Source: Myxococcota bacterium
GTDB taxonomy: Bacteria; Myxococcota; JACRCW01
DNA: 64,000 nucleotides
Assembly (NCBI GenBank): GCA_040752415.1
Contig: JBFMGU010000011.1
Span: 1 to 64,000 of the forward strand
Direction of reading: 5' to 3'
Shown: one piece after another, positions 1 through 9,759 of the stretch
Numbering within the stretch: position 1 is the stretch's first letter
Layout of the letters: every line of letters starts with the position of its first letter
The notes under the pieces: generated by a model
The model's database searches: none
Seen by the model: the letters and a program-made list of their open reading frames with translations, nothing else
What the model was told of the DNA's origin: nothing
Program-made: the position numbers and the translations under genes

Positions 1-326
1 TGCCGGCAACGGGCAGCCCCTACATTGCTGGCCGCTTCTCCGCCGCTTCGACCGCGTGAACGGGGACATGCGTGGACCGGTTTTCCGTCGTCATGACAGC
101 GCGGCCCGGGGCTGACCATTGCCGGCCATTGGGCCCGTTCACGCAGTGCCGGCAACGGGCAGCCCCTACATTGCTGGCCGCTTCTCCGCCGCTTCGACCG
201 CGTGAACGGGGACATGCGTGGACCGGTTTTCCGTCGTCATGACAGCGCGGCCCGGGGCTGACCATTGCCGGCCTCTCCACCCACGCACGCAATACCGGCA
301 ACGGGCAGCCCCTACATTGATGGCCG
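1..326. repeat. 146-bp tandem repeat (two full copies plus a partial third; may continue upstream) with REP/BIME-like palindromes
   Basis: Unit restarts at 1, 147 and 293. Copies 1 and 2 are identical except for a 19-nt segment (128-146 vs 274-292) that sits in the loop of an imperfect inverted repeat. The minus strand reads GTAGGGGCTG, like GTAG-class REPs. Confidence 0.9.
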
Positions 327-341
327 GTCCCACGGCGCCCG

Positions 342-725
342 TCAGTGCATCTCGTCGTGCAGGCGGTGGAACGCGTCATGCTCGCGCTCCATCTCCTCGG
401 TCCGGCCCAGCCCGTGCAGCGCGGTGAGCAGCACCAGCGTGGCCTGCGGTGTGCCCGGCTGCAGCCGCAGCGCCGCGCGAGCGTGCTCCATGGCGTCGTC
501 GAGCCGGCCCTCGTCCAGCGCGTGCTGCGCGGCGCGCGTCAGGCTCTCCGCCACGCCGGTAACGTCGCACAGCCCCTCGTCCGTGGCGCCCACCGTGGGC
601 TCCTCGCGCGTGAGCTCCTGCAGCGCCATCAGTCCCAGCCCGAACACACCGACGAGGAGCAGCGCGAGGAAGAAACCCATCAGGAAGGACGGAGCGTGCC
701 AGCGACGTGCGTTCATGCCCGCCAT
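342..725 (-). CDS. Small membrane-anchored TPR-like protein
   Basis: N-terminal hydrophobic helix (FLMGFFLALLLVGVFGLGL), TPR-like helices (GRLDDAMEHARAALRLQP), GGGAG RBS upstream of the ATG at 725. Confidence 0.7.
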   Translation of the reverse strand: MAGMNARRWHAPSFLMGFFLALLLVGVFGLGLMALQELTREEPTVGATDEGLCDVTGVAESLTRAAQHALDEGRLDDAMEHARAALRLQPGTPQATLVLLTALHGLGRTEEMEREHDAFHRLHDEMH

Positions 726-748
726 TGCACTCCCACGTGCGCGCGCTG

Positions 749-3346
749 TCAACGGTTCATCCCCAGCCGGCCCATCAACGCGCGGTACCGCTCATGGTCG
801 CGCAGCCCGTCGAAGAACGGCTCCACCACGGCGTACAGCAGGTAATCCGAGCCCTCCTTCTCCGCCTTGAGCAGCATGTCCACCGCCGCCTCGGTCCGGC
901 CCAGCCCCATCAGCACAATGGCCTGGTGCACCGCGGGCACGTAGCGCGTGGCGGATTGCAGCCTGGCCAGGATCTCCTCGGCACGGGCGGTCTCCTTGCG
1001 CGCCGCGTGCACGTAGCCCAGCCACGCCATCACCATGGGATGCCCGCCGGTGATGGCCTCCGCGCGCTGCAGGGAAGCCAGGGCGTCGTCGAGCTTGCCC
1101 TGCGCCGCCAGGGTCAGACCCAGGCACAGGTGCGCGGTGGAGAAATCCGGGAACTTCTGCAACGTGCGTGCGTACTGCGCCACCGCCTCGTCGTAGCGAC
1201 GTCCGAAGTGCGGAATCCGTCCCGCCACCGTGCTGATGATCGGCGAGAGCGGGTCCAGCTCCTGCGCCTGGGCAATCTGCGCCGCGGCCTCGTCGAGACG
1301 ACGGTTCAGCGCCAGGAACAGGCTGTACCAGTGGTGCGACGGCGCGTAGTTGGGAGACAGCTCCAGCGCCCGACGGAACATGCGCTCCGCTTCGCTCGCC
1401 TGGTACAGGTGCAGGTGCGTCACCGCGGCCATCACCGCGTGGGCCTCGCCCAGCGTGTCGTCGAGCTCCAAGGCCTTGCGCGCGCTCTCCAGCGCCTGGC
1501 GTGATCCCTCCAGCGGCGGCGTGGCGCCGTAGAAGTCGGAGGCCAGCAGCGTGTGCGCGTCGGCCAGGCCCACGTGGGCCAGCGCGAAGCCGGGATCCTG
1601 CGCCACCGCCTGCTCAAAGAACGTGATGGCCTGCCGCAGGCTCCCCTCGGTGCGACGGTTCACGTGGAACCGGCCGCGCAGGTACGCCTCGTACGCTGCG
1701 GAGCTCTGCGTGGGCACGCGCCCCAGGCGGTTGCGCGCGTCGCCGGAGAGACGCGGTTGCAGCCGCGCGGCGATCTGTTGCGCCATGTCCTCCTGCAGCT
1801 TGAGCGCGTCGGTCTGCGGCTGGCTGAAGCGGTTGCCCCACAGGTGGCTCCCGTCCTGCGTGTCGACGAGCTCCGTGCTCACCACCAGCAGCTCCCCCTG
1901 CTGCATCAGCTTGCCGGTGAGCACCGCGCGCACGTCCAGCGTCCTGCCCACCTCCGCCACGTCGACGTCCGGCGCGCGGAAGCGGCTCGTGGAGCTGTAG
2001 GAGATGACCTTCACGCCCGGCACGCGGGCCAGTTTCCCGACGAGCGCCTCGCTCACCCCGTCGGCGAGGTAGTCCAGGTTGGGATCCTGGGTGGCGTTGT
2101 GGAAGGGCAACACGGCCACCGAGCGCGGCGCCTCGCCCGTCGGGCGCAGCATGAGCAGACCGCCCAGCAGGCCCAGACCCGCCAACGCCAGCGCCACCGC
2201 GGGCCACGGTTTCCACGTCGACGGAGCACGGGGCAGCGCCGGCCGCTCCACCACGGTGGCGGGCTGCGTGGCGTCGAGCAGCGCGGCGGTGGAGGCGGGC
2301 GCGGCGGACACCACCGTGGACGGCTCCGACGAGGGAGCGGGCTGCGCCACCGCGGCAATCTCCTCGAACGTCAGCTTGCGCGCGGTGGATTCCAGCTCCG
2401 CGCACTTGCGTCGCTCGTGCTCGGCCTCCGCGGCAAACGTGGCGGTCATGTACGCGGCCAGCTCGCCCACCGCGTAGCCGGGGGCCAGCGCGCCCAGCAG
2501 ATGCGACAGCGCATGGGCGAACTCCTCGGCGGACTGGAAGCGGTCCTCCGGCAACAGCGCCAGCGCGCGCTCCACCACGTCGACGAGCTCGGGCGCCACC
2601 TCGGGGGCCACCTCCTTGAGGCTGCGCCGCACCCCGCGTGAGACCTGCGCCAGCACCTGCACCTCGTCCAGATTCACCGGGTAGAGGCGGTGGCCGGCCA
2701 GCGCCTCCCACAACACCACGCCCATGGCGTAGAGGTCGGTGCGGTGATCCACGTCGTCACCGCGGGCCTGCTCCGGGCTCATGTAGGGGTACTTGCCCTT
2801 GCGGATGCCCGCGTCGGTGTGCGTGGCGCGGCCCAGCGCCTTGGCAATCCCGAAGTCCGCCACCCGCACGCTGCCGTCGAACCCGACGAGGATGTTCTGC
2901 GGGCTGATGTCCCGGTGCACAATGCCCAGGCTCTTGCCCGCGGAATCCTTCTTGCCGTGCGCGTGCCCCAGGCCCTGCAGCGCGTCGCGCACCGCGTGCA
3001 GCGCGAACGGCACCGGGACCTTGGTGCCACCGCGCGTGGCCGCGCCAATCACCGCGCCCAGGTGCTTCCCCTCCACGTACTCCATGGCGATGAAATACTG
3101 GTTGCCAATGACGCCCAGGTCGGTGACCTGCACGACGTTGGGGTGGTGCAGCGTGGAGGCAATCTTGGCTTCATCCACCAGCATGCGGATGAAATCCTCG
3201 TCGGCGGACCACTCCGGGCGGATGCGCTTGATGGCCAGCGGTCGCCGGAAACCCTGCGCGCCCTTCACCGCGCCGCGGAAGATCTCCGCCATGCCGCCGG
3301 AGGCCACGCGGTCGGTCAGCACGTAGCGCCCGAAGTGCTCCACCAT
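749..3346 (-). CDS. Hanks-type Ser/Thr protein kinase with TM helix, TolB-N-like domain and TPR repeats
   Basis: GGMAEIF, AIK, HRDISPQN, DFG and YMSPEQ kinase motifs; then SVAVLPF...YLADGVSE and multiple TPRs. Start approximate. Confidence 0.95.
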   Translation of the reverse strand: MVEHFGRYVLTDRVASGGMAEIFRGAVKGAQGFRRPLAIKRIRPEWSADEDFIRMLVDEAKIASTLHHPNVVQVTDLGVIGNQYFIAMEYVEGKHLGAVIGAATRGGTKVPVPFALHAVRDALQGLGHAHGKKDSAGKSLGIVHRDISPQNILVGFDGSVRVADFGIAKALGRATHTDAGIRKGKYPYMSPEQARGDDVDHRTDLYAMGVVLWEALAGHRLYPVNLDEVQVLAQVSRGVRRSLKEVAPEVAPELVDVVERALALLPEDRFQSAEEFAHALSHLLGALAPGYAVGELAAYMTATFAAEAEHERRKCAELESTARKLTFEEIAAVAQPAPSSEPSTVVSAAPASTAALLDATQPATVVERPALPRAPSTWKPWPAVALALAGLGLLGGLLMLRPTGEAPRSVAVLPFHNATQDPNLDYLADGVSEALVGKLARVPGVKVISYSSTSRFRAPDVDVAEVGRTLDVRAVLTGKLMQQGELLVVSTELVDTQDGSHLWGNRFSQPQTDALKLQEDMAQQIAARLQPRLSGDARNRLGRVPTQSSAAYEAYLRGRFHVNRRTEGSLRQAITFFEQAVAQDPGFALAHVGLADAHTLLASDFYGATPPLEGSRQALESARKALELDDTLGEAHAVMAAVTHLHLYQASEAERMFRRALELSPNYAPSHHWYSLFLALNRRLDEAAAQIAQAQELDPLSPIISTVAGRIPHFGRRYDEAVAQYARTLQKFPDFSTAHLCLGLTLAAQGKLDDALASLQRAEAITGGHPMVMAWLGYVHAARKETARAEEILARLQSATRYVPAVHQAIVLMGLGRTEAAVDMLLKAEKEGSDYLLYAVVEPFFDGLRDHERYRALMGRLGMNR

Positions 3347-3520
3347 GGCGGCAAGCACACTGCGCGTACGGCCCGCGGTCAACCGCCGCCCCCTCCGTCA
3401 AGCGTTCTCCTCCGACGGGCGGACGCCCCGGGCTCGAGCGGCAGCGTGCTCCCACGAACGGTCCCGGCTTGACAGCGGCGGTGGTGCACAGGTCGTATCC
3501 GCCGCGGAGCACACATCCCC

Positions 3521-5239
3521 ATGAGTCCCAAGGCACAACGCACCATGGCGGGCGTGGCGTCCCTGTTGGCGCTGGCTGCAGCCGGTGCCTGGCGCCTGGC
3601 GCGCGACCAGGTGATGCCCGCCGCCAACGCGGTCGTCCATCCCGCATTTGCCAAGCCGCCCACCCCGCTGGCCACGCCGCCGCTGGGCGCGCAACCGCAT
3701 GCCACCTGGGACAACCTGGTGCTCCAGGTCCGCGACGACAAGTCCCTCACCATCCTGCTCATCATGCTCGGGCTCACCGGGCTGCTCTGGGTGTTTGCGC
3801 CGCGGGAGGCGCGCCGGTTGCGCAGCAGCCTGGTGTGCTACGCCATCTACGTCGTCACGCTGCCGGTGGGGAGCGCGCTGCTCTCACTGGAGGACCTCAC
3901 GCTCTACGGGCACGTGCGCTTCGTGGGCGTGCTGATGCAGTACATCGCCGTGGCGGGGTTGGTGGCGGTGTTCGGGCTGGAGGTGCTCTTCTGGCTGTTG
4001 CGCAGCGCGGTGCCGGTGATCCTGCGCGACATCATCCTCGCCGGCGCGTACATCGCCATCGGGCTCAACCAGCTCTCCAATGCCGGGTTCAACATCTCCG
4101 GCATCATTGCCACCAGCGCGGTGCTCACCGCGGTGATCGGCTTCTCGCTGCAGGACAGCCTCGGCAACATCATGAGCGGCGTGGTGCTGGAGCTGGAGGA
4201 CGTCATCAACGCCGGGGACTGGGTGAAGATTGGCGACGTCACCGGCCGGGTGCGGGAGCGGCGCTGGCGCCAGACCACCATCGAGACGCGCGACTGGGAC
4301 ATCGTGGTGATTCCCAACAGCGTCCTGATGAAGAACCAGGTGGTGGTGTACGGGAAGCGTGAGGGCAAGGATGTGCCGCACCGCCAGTGGATCTACTTCA
4401 GCGTGGACCTGGCGGTGTCCCCCTCCCGCGTCATCGACGTGGTGACGCACGCGCTGCGCGACTCACCCATGGAGCGCGTGGCCGTGGATCCCGCGCCCAA
4501 CGTGGTGATGATGGACTTCAAGGACGGCGTGGGCGTGTACGCGGCGCGCTACTTCCTGACGGACCTGGCGCCCAACGACCCCACCGACACCATCGTGCGT
4601 GAGCGCATCTACTACGCGTTGCAGCGCGCGGGGATCCGGTTGGCCTCGCCCACGCGCAACCTGCTGGTCACCGAGGACAACGAGGAACACCGCCAGGCGC
4701 GGCAGAAGCGCGAGCATGTGCGGCGCGTGGAGGCGCTGCTGCACGTGGACATCTTCAAGGGGCTGGAGCGCTCCGAGGTGGAGGAGCTGGCGGAGGCGCT
4801 CACGTACATGCCCTTTGGTCCCGGGGAAGTCATCACGCGCCAGGGCGACGTCAGCGACTCGCTCTACCTGATGGTGCAGGGCACCGCCGCGGTGACGGTG
4901 GTGTTCAACGGGCTGGAGAAGAAGGTGGCGGAGCTGAAGGCGGGCAGCGTCTTTGGGGAGATGGGCGTGCTCACCGGGGAGCCGCGCTCGGCCACCGTGC
5001 ACGCGGCCACGTCGGTGGAGGCGTGGCGGCTGGGGCAGGAGGCGTTCCACAAGATCATCGAGCGGCGGCCGGAGATTGCCCAGGAGCTCTCGCTGGTGCT
5101 GGCCATGCGCAAGGAGGGGCTGCTGCACGCCCGGGAGAACCTCTCGCGTGAGCTGGAGAAGAACCAGCAGCTGCGCGCCTCCCGCGACGACATCATGGCG
5201 CGCATCAGCAAGTTCCTGCGCCTGGGCGCCAACGCCTGA
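3521..5239 (+). CDS. MscS-family mechanosensitive channel with C-terminal cyclic-nucleotide-binding domain
   Basis: VIGFSLQDSLGNIMSG...GDWVKIG...IPNS MscS core; FGEMGVLTGEPRSATV cNMP motif. Confidence 0.93.
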   Translation: MSPKAQRTMAGVASLLALAAAGAWRLARDQVMPAANAVVHPAFAKPPTPLATPPLGAQPHATWDNLVLQVRDDKSLTILLIMLGLTGLLWVFAPREARRLRSSLVCYAIYVVTLPVGSALLSLEDLTLYGHVRFVGVLMQYIAVAGLVAVFGLEVLFWLLRSAVPVILRDIILAGAYIAIGLNQLSNAGFNISGIIATSAVLTAVIGFSLQDSLGNIMSGVVLELEDVINAGDWVKIGDVTGRVRERRWRQTTIETRDWDIVVIPNSVLMKNQVVVYGKREGKDVPHRQWIYFSVDLAVSPSRVIDVVTHALRDSPMERVAVDPAPNVVMMDFKDGVGVYAARYFLTDLAPNDPTDTIVRERIYYALQRAGIRLASPTRNLLVTEDNEEHRQARQKREHVRRVEALLHVDIFKGLERSEVEELAEALTYMPFGPGEVITRQGDVSDSLYLMVQGTAAVTVVFNGLEKKVAELKAGSVFGEMGVLTGEPRSATVHAATSVEAWRLGQEAFHKIIERRPEIAQELSLVLAMRKEGLLHARENLSRELEKNQQLRASRDDIMARISKFLRLGANA

Positions 5240-5240
5240 A

Positions 5241-8200
5241 TCACGGCGTGGGAGCTGCCGCGGGAGCCGGGGTTTCCGTCGGGGCGAAGCCGGTGCGCAT
5301 GCGGGAGGGTTCCCGGGAGAGGAACGACTCCACGTCGAGCGCAGCACGCAGCGCGCGCGGATCCCCCACGCGGCGATAACAATCCGCGCGGTGCTCCAGG
5401 AAGGTGCGCGTCCACGGCGGGCTGGGCTCGAACGCCGCCACCGCGGATTGGCACAACAACCAATCCACGCGCGCGGCCACCTCCACCACCTTGTGACGAC
5501 GGTGCTCATCCAACACGCGCACCGGCAGCGGCGTGCGCAGCAGCTCCAGGATCCGCACCGCGGCTTCGCGCTGGGTGGTCGAGAGGGATTCCACCACCGT
5601 CGCCGCCAGGTCCAACGTGCGACGCAACAGCACCGGCCAGGCCCACACGTCGTGGTGCGCGCCCTTGAGCGCGGCCTCCAACGCCACCAGCGCCTCCTCG
5701 CGTCGCCCCTGCTGCCAGCGCAGCCGGGCCATGAGCGCATCCGCCTCGACGGGGCGCACGGCGCGCACGCGGTCAATCAGTGGCGTCGCGGCGTCGTCGC
5801 CGGTCTCAGCCAATGCGTCGGCCAGGGCCACCAGCGGGGAGAATGCACGCGGGGGCTGCTTCAGACGGCGCAGGTCCCCGCGCTGTCCGTCGAGATAACG
5901 CTCGAACGCGCGACCCAGGTGACGCTGCTCCTCGGTGAGCGGGCCGGGCGTGGCGGGCCGGTAACCCTGTGCCAATTGCGCGGTGATCCGCTCTTCATCC
6001 ACCAGGCTCCAATCCACCTCCCCGGTGACGACGGGCCGGTGCTCCCCGCGCTCCCGCGCGAGCGCCAGGAACTCGTCGAGGTTGAAGCCCAGGCGGCGCC
6101 CCATGTTGCGCGCGAAGCCGAACTCCACCGGACTGAGGTCGTCGGTGTTGAGCCAGGAGCCCTCCAGCGCGGCGAACTGGTCGGCCAGCGTCGCGCGCGC
6201 CACAAAGTGCGCCAGCACACCCTCCACCGACTGCGTGCGCCACACGTCACGCACCGCGCCGCGGTAGGGCTCGGCGTCCAGTCGGGCGCGCAGCGTGGCG
6301 ACGTCAATGGTCCGCGGTCGCTGGCTGGCCACCAGCATGAGGTCGGAGCCCATCATGGTCTGCCACGTCTCCACGTGCGGGAAGACGCTGTGCAGCGTGG
6401 CGTAGATGGTGCGTACCGTCTCGGCGTCGACCTCGTAGGCCTGCACCCACTGCAGGAAGATGCCGCCCTCGCGCAGGCGCGCATTCACCGCCTGGTAGAA
6501 CTCCTGCGTGAACAACGAAGCAATGCCGGCGCGGTACGGGTTGGAGGGTTCGGAGAAGATGATGTCGTAGTCGCGTGACGTCGTCAGCAGCACCTCGCGC
6601 GCGTCGCCGATGAAGTTGTGCACCTTGGGATTGTTCATCACGTCCTGGTTCACCGGTGCGCACTTGCGCGCCACGTCCAGGATGGCCGGCTCCAGCTCCA
6701 CCACGTCCACGCGTTCCATGCTGGGCACCACGCCCAGCCAGCCCGCGGTGCTGCCCGTGCCCAGCCCCACCACCAGCGACGTGCGCGGGTTCTCGTGCAG
6801 CATGGCGCCCAAGAGGCCGCTCATGACCTGCGTGGGCGCATCCAGGCGCGCGTTCCCGTCGACCTTCCCGTTGACGACGAAGGCGAGCCCGTCGGAACCC
6901 GCGAGCGCCACGGTGGACTCCACGCCTTCCGCCTCCCACACCACGTTGCGCCGCGCATTGTGCACCCAGCCCTGGATGCCATTGAGCGTCAGCTCGGAGA
7001 GCCCGGTGCGGTGCGCGCCCACGCCGCTGTGTCGCCACGCCGCGGTGGGCCCCTCGGTGAAGACGAGAAATGCAGCCAGCGCGCCCGCTGCCAGCGTCGA
7101 GAACGTGCGCTGCGGAGACAGTTGCTTTCCCATCATCAGCACGCTGACCGCGCCCATTCCCGTCAAGAGCACCACCACCACGCGCCAACAGCCGGGCGCG
7201 GTGAGCGCGGGCATGAGACCGAAACCACCCGCCAGCGAACCCACGATGGAGCCCGCGGTGTTGTACGCGTACGCCAGCCCCACGTGACGGCCCACGTCGC
7301 GACCGCCGCGTCCCAAGAGCGCAATCAGCAGCGGGAACTGCGCCCCCGCCACCACGCTCGCGGGCACCACCACGACGGAAGCCACCAGCGTCCAGGCCAA
7401 CACGCTGCCCGCCATGCCCATGGCGCTGAGGTCGTGCAGGAGCAGCGCGAAGACCGCGAGGTGATCACCCAGCGCAAAGGGCAACGCCATGAACGCCGCT
7501 TCCAGCGTGCACGTGAGCGCGAATCCGCCGAGGGTGGGCGGGCGGTCCGCGTTGCGCGACGAATACAGCACGCCACCCAGTCCCATCCCGAGCAGCGCCA
7601 GCGCGAGGATGAGGCCGAACGTGTAACTCGATCCGCCGAGCAGCGGCGCCAGCATGCGGTACCAGACCAGCTCCATCAGCAGGAACGCGAAGCCCACCAC
7701 CGCCGCCGCGGTGAGGACCAGGGCGGGGGGCGTGCGCGGGGTCGCGCCGGAGTTGACGGGCTTCTCGTCGGTGGTGGGTGGTTCCGGCGTCACCTCGGGC
7801 AGCTCACGCGCCACCGAGCGGGCCAGCAGCGCCACCAGCGCGTTCACCAGGCAGGCGAGCCACAACGTGTTGCGGATGCCGAACACCTCCAGCATCACGA
7901 ACGTGCTCAGCGTTGCGCCGGTGACCGCGCCCAGGGTGTTGCACGTGTAGAGGACGCTCAGGTTGCGGCGTGCGGTGTCGTCGTCACGTTCGGCGGCGCG
8001 CGCGGCGGCGGGGAGGGTTCCGCCCATGAGCACCGTGGGAACCAGCAGCACCAGCGCGCTCAACACCAGCCGCACCACGGTGCCCAGCGTCATCCCCAGC
8101 GCCATGGTTCCGCCCAGCGCCACGTAGATGCTGCGCACCAGGTCGACGAGGAACGGGGTGACCGCCGCCGCCGCGGCAATGCCGAGCTCGAGGTTGGCGT

Positions 8201-8417
8201 AGAACATGAGCGGCCGGCGTTGCCCGTCGACGCGACGTCCCAGCAGCGCGCTGCCCAGGCCCAACCCGCCCATGAAGATGGCCAGCACCGCCGCCGAGGC
8301 CGCCGTCGAGGCGCCGAAGATGAGTCGCAGCTCGCGCAGCCACGCGGTCTGGTAGACCAGCGCACACAGGCCCGAGCCAAAAAGCATCAGCGCAATCTTC
8401 AGCACTGCCAACGACAT
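5241..8417 (-). CDS. Fused multi-TM / spermidine synthase-like SAM-binding protein with C-terminal helical repeats
   Basis: SGLCALVYQTAWLREL membrane repeats; LVVGLGTGST, VELEPAI, GDARE and YDIIFSEPSNP motifs. Confidence 0.88.
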   Translation of the reverse strand: MSLAVLKIALMLFGSGLCALVYQTAWLRELRLIFGASTAASAAVLAIFMGGLGLGSALLGRRVDGQRRPLMFYANLELGIAAAAAVTPFLVDLVRSIYVALGGTMALGMTLGTVVRLVLSALVLLVPTVLMGGTLPAAARAAERDDDTARRNLSVLYTCNTLGAVTGATLSTFVMLEVFGIRNTLWLACLVNALVALLARSVARELPEVTPEPPTTDEKPVNSGATPRTPPALVLTAAAVVGFAFLLMELVWYRMLAPLLGGSSYTFGLILALALLGMGLGGVLYSSRNADRPPTLGGFALTCTLEAAFMALPFALGDHLAVFALLLHDLSAMGMAGSVLAWTLVASVVVVPASVVAGAQFPLLIALLGRGGRDVGRHVGLAYAYNTAGSIVGSLAGGFGLMPALTAPGCWRVVVVLLTGMGAVSVLMMGKQLSPQRTFSTLAAGALAAFLVFTEGPTAAWRHSGVGAHRTGLSELTLNGIQGWVHNARRNVVWEAEGVESTVALAGSDGLAFVVNGKVDGNARLDAPTQVMSGLLGAMLHENPRTSLVVGLGTGSTAGWLGVVPSMERVDVVELEPAILDVARKCAPVNQDVMNNPKVHNFIGDAREVLLTTSRDYDIIFSEPSNPYRAGIASLFTQEFYQAVNARLREGGIFLQWVQAYEVDAETVRTIYATLHSVFPHVETWQTMMGSDLMLVASQRPRTIDVATLRARLDAEPYRGAVRDVWRTQSVEGVLAHFVARATLADQFAALEGSWLNTDDLSPVEFGFARNMGRRLGFNLDEFLALARERGEHRPVVTGEVDWSLVDEERITAQLAQGYRPATPGPLTEEQRHLGRAFERYLDGQRGDLRRLKQPPRAFSPLVALADALAETGDDAATPLIDRVRAVRPVEADALMARLRWQQGRREEALVALEAALKGAHHDVWAWPVLLRRTLDLAATVVESLSTTQREAAVRILELLRTPLPVRVLDEHRRHKVVEVAARVDWLLCQSAVAAFEPSPPWTRTFLEHRADCYRRVGDPRALRAALDVESFLSREPSRMRTGFAPTETPAPAAAPTP

Positions 8418-8549
8418 TCCCAACCTCCGGTCGCGCACAATGGCCGCAGCGCCGGGGCGACGACAACTTTGTCCGCGAGACATCACGGATGTTGACCGAC
8501 CCCACGCTGACGGTTACGGCTGGCCACCCAGGAGCCCGCGAGGTGGAAC

Positions 8550-9671
8550 GTGGATGAGGTCACGCGCAGGGAAGCATTGCAGCTCGCCGCCGGTGCGCTG
8601 GCGACGGCGGGTTGTTCCCGCAAGGCAGAGGAGATTGGGATGGGCAAGGCAACAGATGTCGACGCGGTGTTGAACGTGCAGCGACTGGGGTTCCCGTGGC
8701 AGACGCCGGACCCGTTCCTGTTCTGCGTCCACCACGACGACCGCTACCCGGCGGGCAATGAGCGCATGGGGCCCGCGGCGTCGCTGGCGGGGCGCGATAT
8801 GGGGCAGGACTTCGAGGGCAAGGACGGCTGGCGGATGTATCACGGCGAGGTGGTGCCGGGATTCCCGCAGCATCCGCACCGCGGTTTTGAGACGGTGACG
8901 GTGGTGCGGCGCGGGCTGCTGGACCACTCGGACTCGCTGGGGGCGGCGGCGCGCTACGGCGGTGGCGACGTGCAGTGGCTCACGGCGGGGAAGGGCATCC
9001 TGCATTCGGAGATGTTCCCGCTGCTGCAGCGCGACGCGAACAATCCGCTGGAGCTGTTCCAGATCTGGTTGAACCTGCCGGCGGTGGACAAGATGGCGGA
9101 GCCGCACTTCTCCATGTTGTGGAGCCACATCGTTCCGCGCCACGCGGCGCGCGACGACGCAGGTCGTACCACCGAGGTGACCATTGTTGCCGGCCGCATT
9201 GGCGAGCAGAAGGCGCCACCGCCGCCGCCGAAGTCGTGGGCCTCCCGTGCCGACACCGACGTGGCCATCTGGACCATCAAGCTGGCGCCGCACGCGGTGT
9301 GGACGTTGCCGGCGGCGAGCGCGGGCGTGAATCGCACCCTGTACTTCTTCCGCGGCAGCGCGCTGGGGATTGGCGGGCGGTCCATTCCTCCGTCCCACGC
9401 GGTGGAGCTGCGCGCGGAGGTGCCCGCGCTGCTGGAGAACGGCCCCGACGAGACCGAGCTGCTCATGCTGCAGGGCCGACCGATCAGGGAGCCGGTGGTG
9501 CAGCACGGTCCCTTCGTGATGAACACGCGCGAGCAGATCCACCAGACCATCCGCGAGTACCAGCGCACGCAGTTTGGCGGGTGGCCGTGGCCGAGTCATG
9601 AGCCGGTGCATCCGCGGGAGGAAGGCCGCTTCGCGCGTCACGCCGACGGAAAGGTCGAGCGTCCGGCGTGA
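8550..9671 (+). CDS. Pirin family protein (bicupin), possible Tat-lipoprotein signal
   Basis: DPFL, HPHRGFETVT, AGKGILHSE, FQIWLNLP and GPFVMNT motifs; N-terminal TRRxxL...AGC. Alternative start at ATG 8640. Confidence 0.92.
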   Translation: MDEVTRREALQLAAGALATAGCSRKAEEIGMGKATDVDAVLNVQRLGFPWQTPDPFLFCVHHDDRYPAGNERMGPAASLAGRDMGQDFEGKDGWRMYHGEVVPGFPQHPHRGFETVTVVRRGLLDHSDSLGAAARYGGGDVQWLTAGKGILHSEMFPLLQRDANNPLELFQIWLNLPAVDKMAEPHFSMLWSHIVPRHAARDDAGRTTEVTIVAGRIGEQKAPPPPPKSWASRADTDVAIWTIKLAPHAVWTLPAASAGVNRTLYFFRGSALGIGGRSIPPSHAVELRAEVPALLENGPDETELLMLQGRPIREPVVQHGPFVMNTREQIHQTIREYQRTQFGGWPWPSHEPVHPREEGRFARHADGKVERPA

Positions 9672-9759
9672 GCCTCTGAGCGGACATCTCACACCGCACT
9701 CCAGGGCGCGGTCCGCTTCCCCACTTCGTGACCCGGCTATTCACGACGCGCCACAGCCC

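Noticed and set aside
1..326. CRISPR array
   Set aside because: Constant part is about 127 bp and variable part 19 bp, outside CRISPR dimensions; no cas genes in the window.
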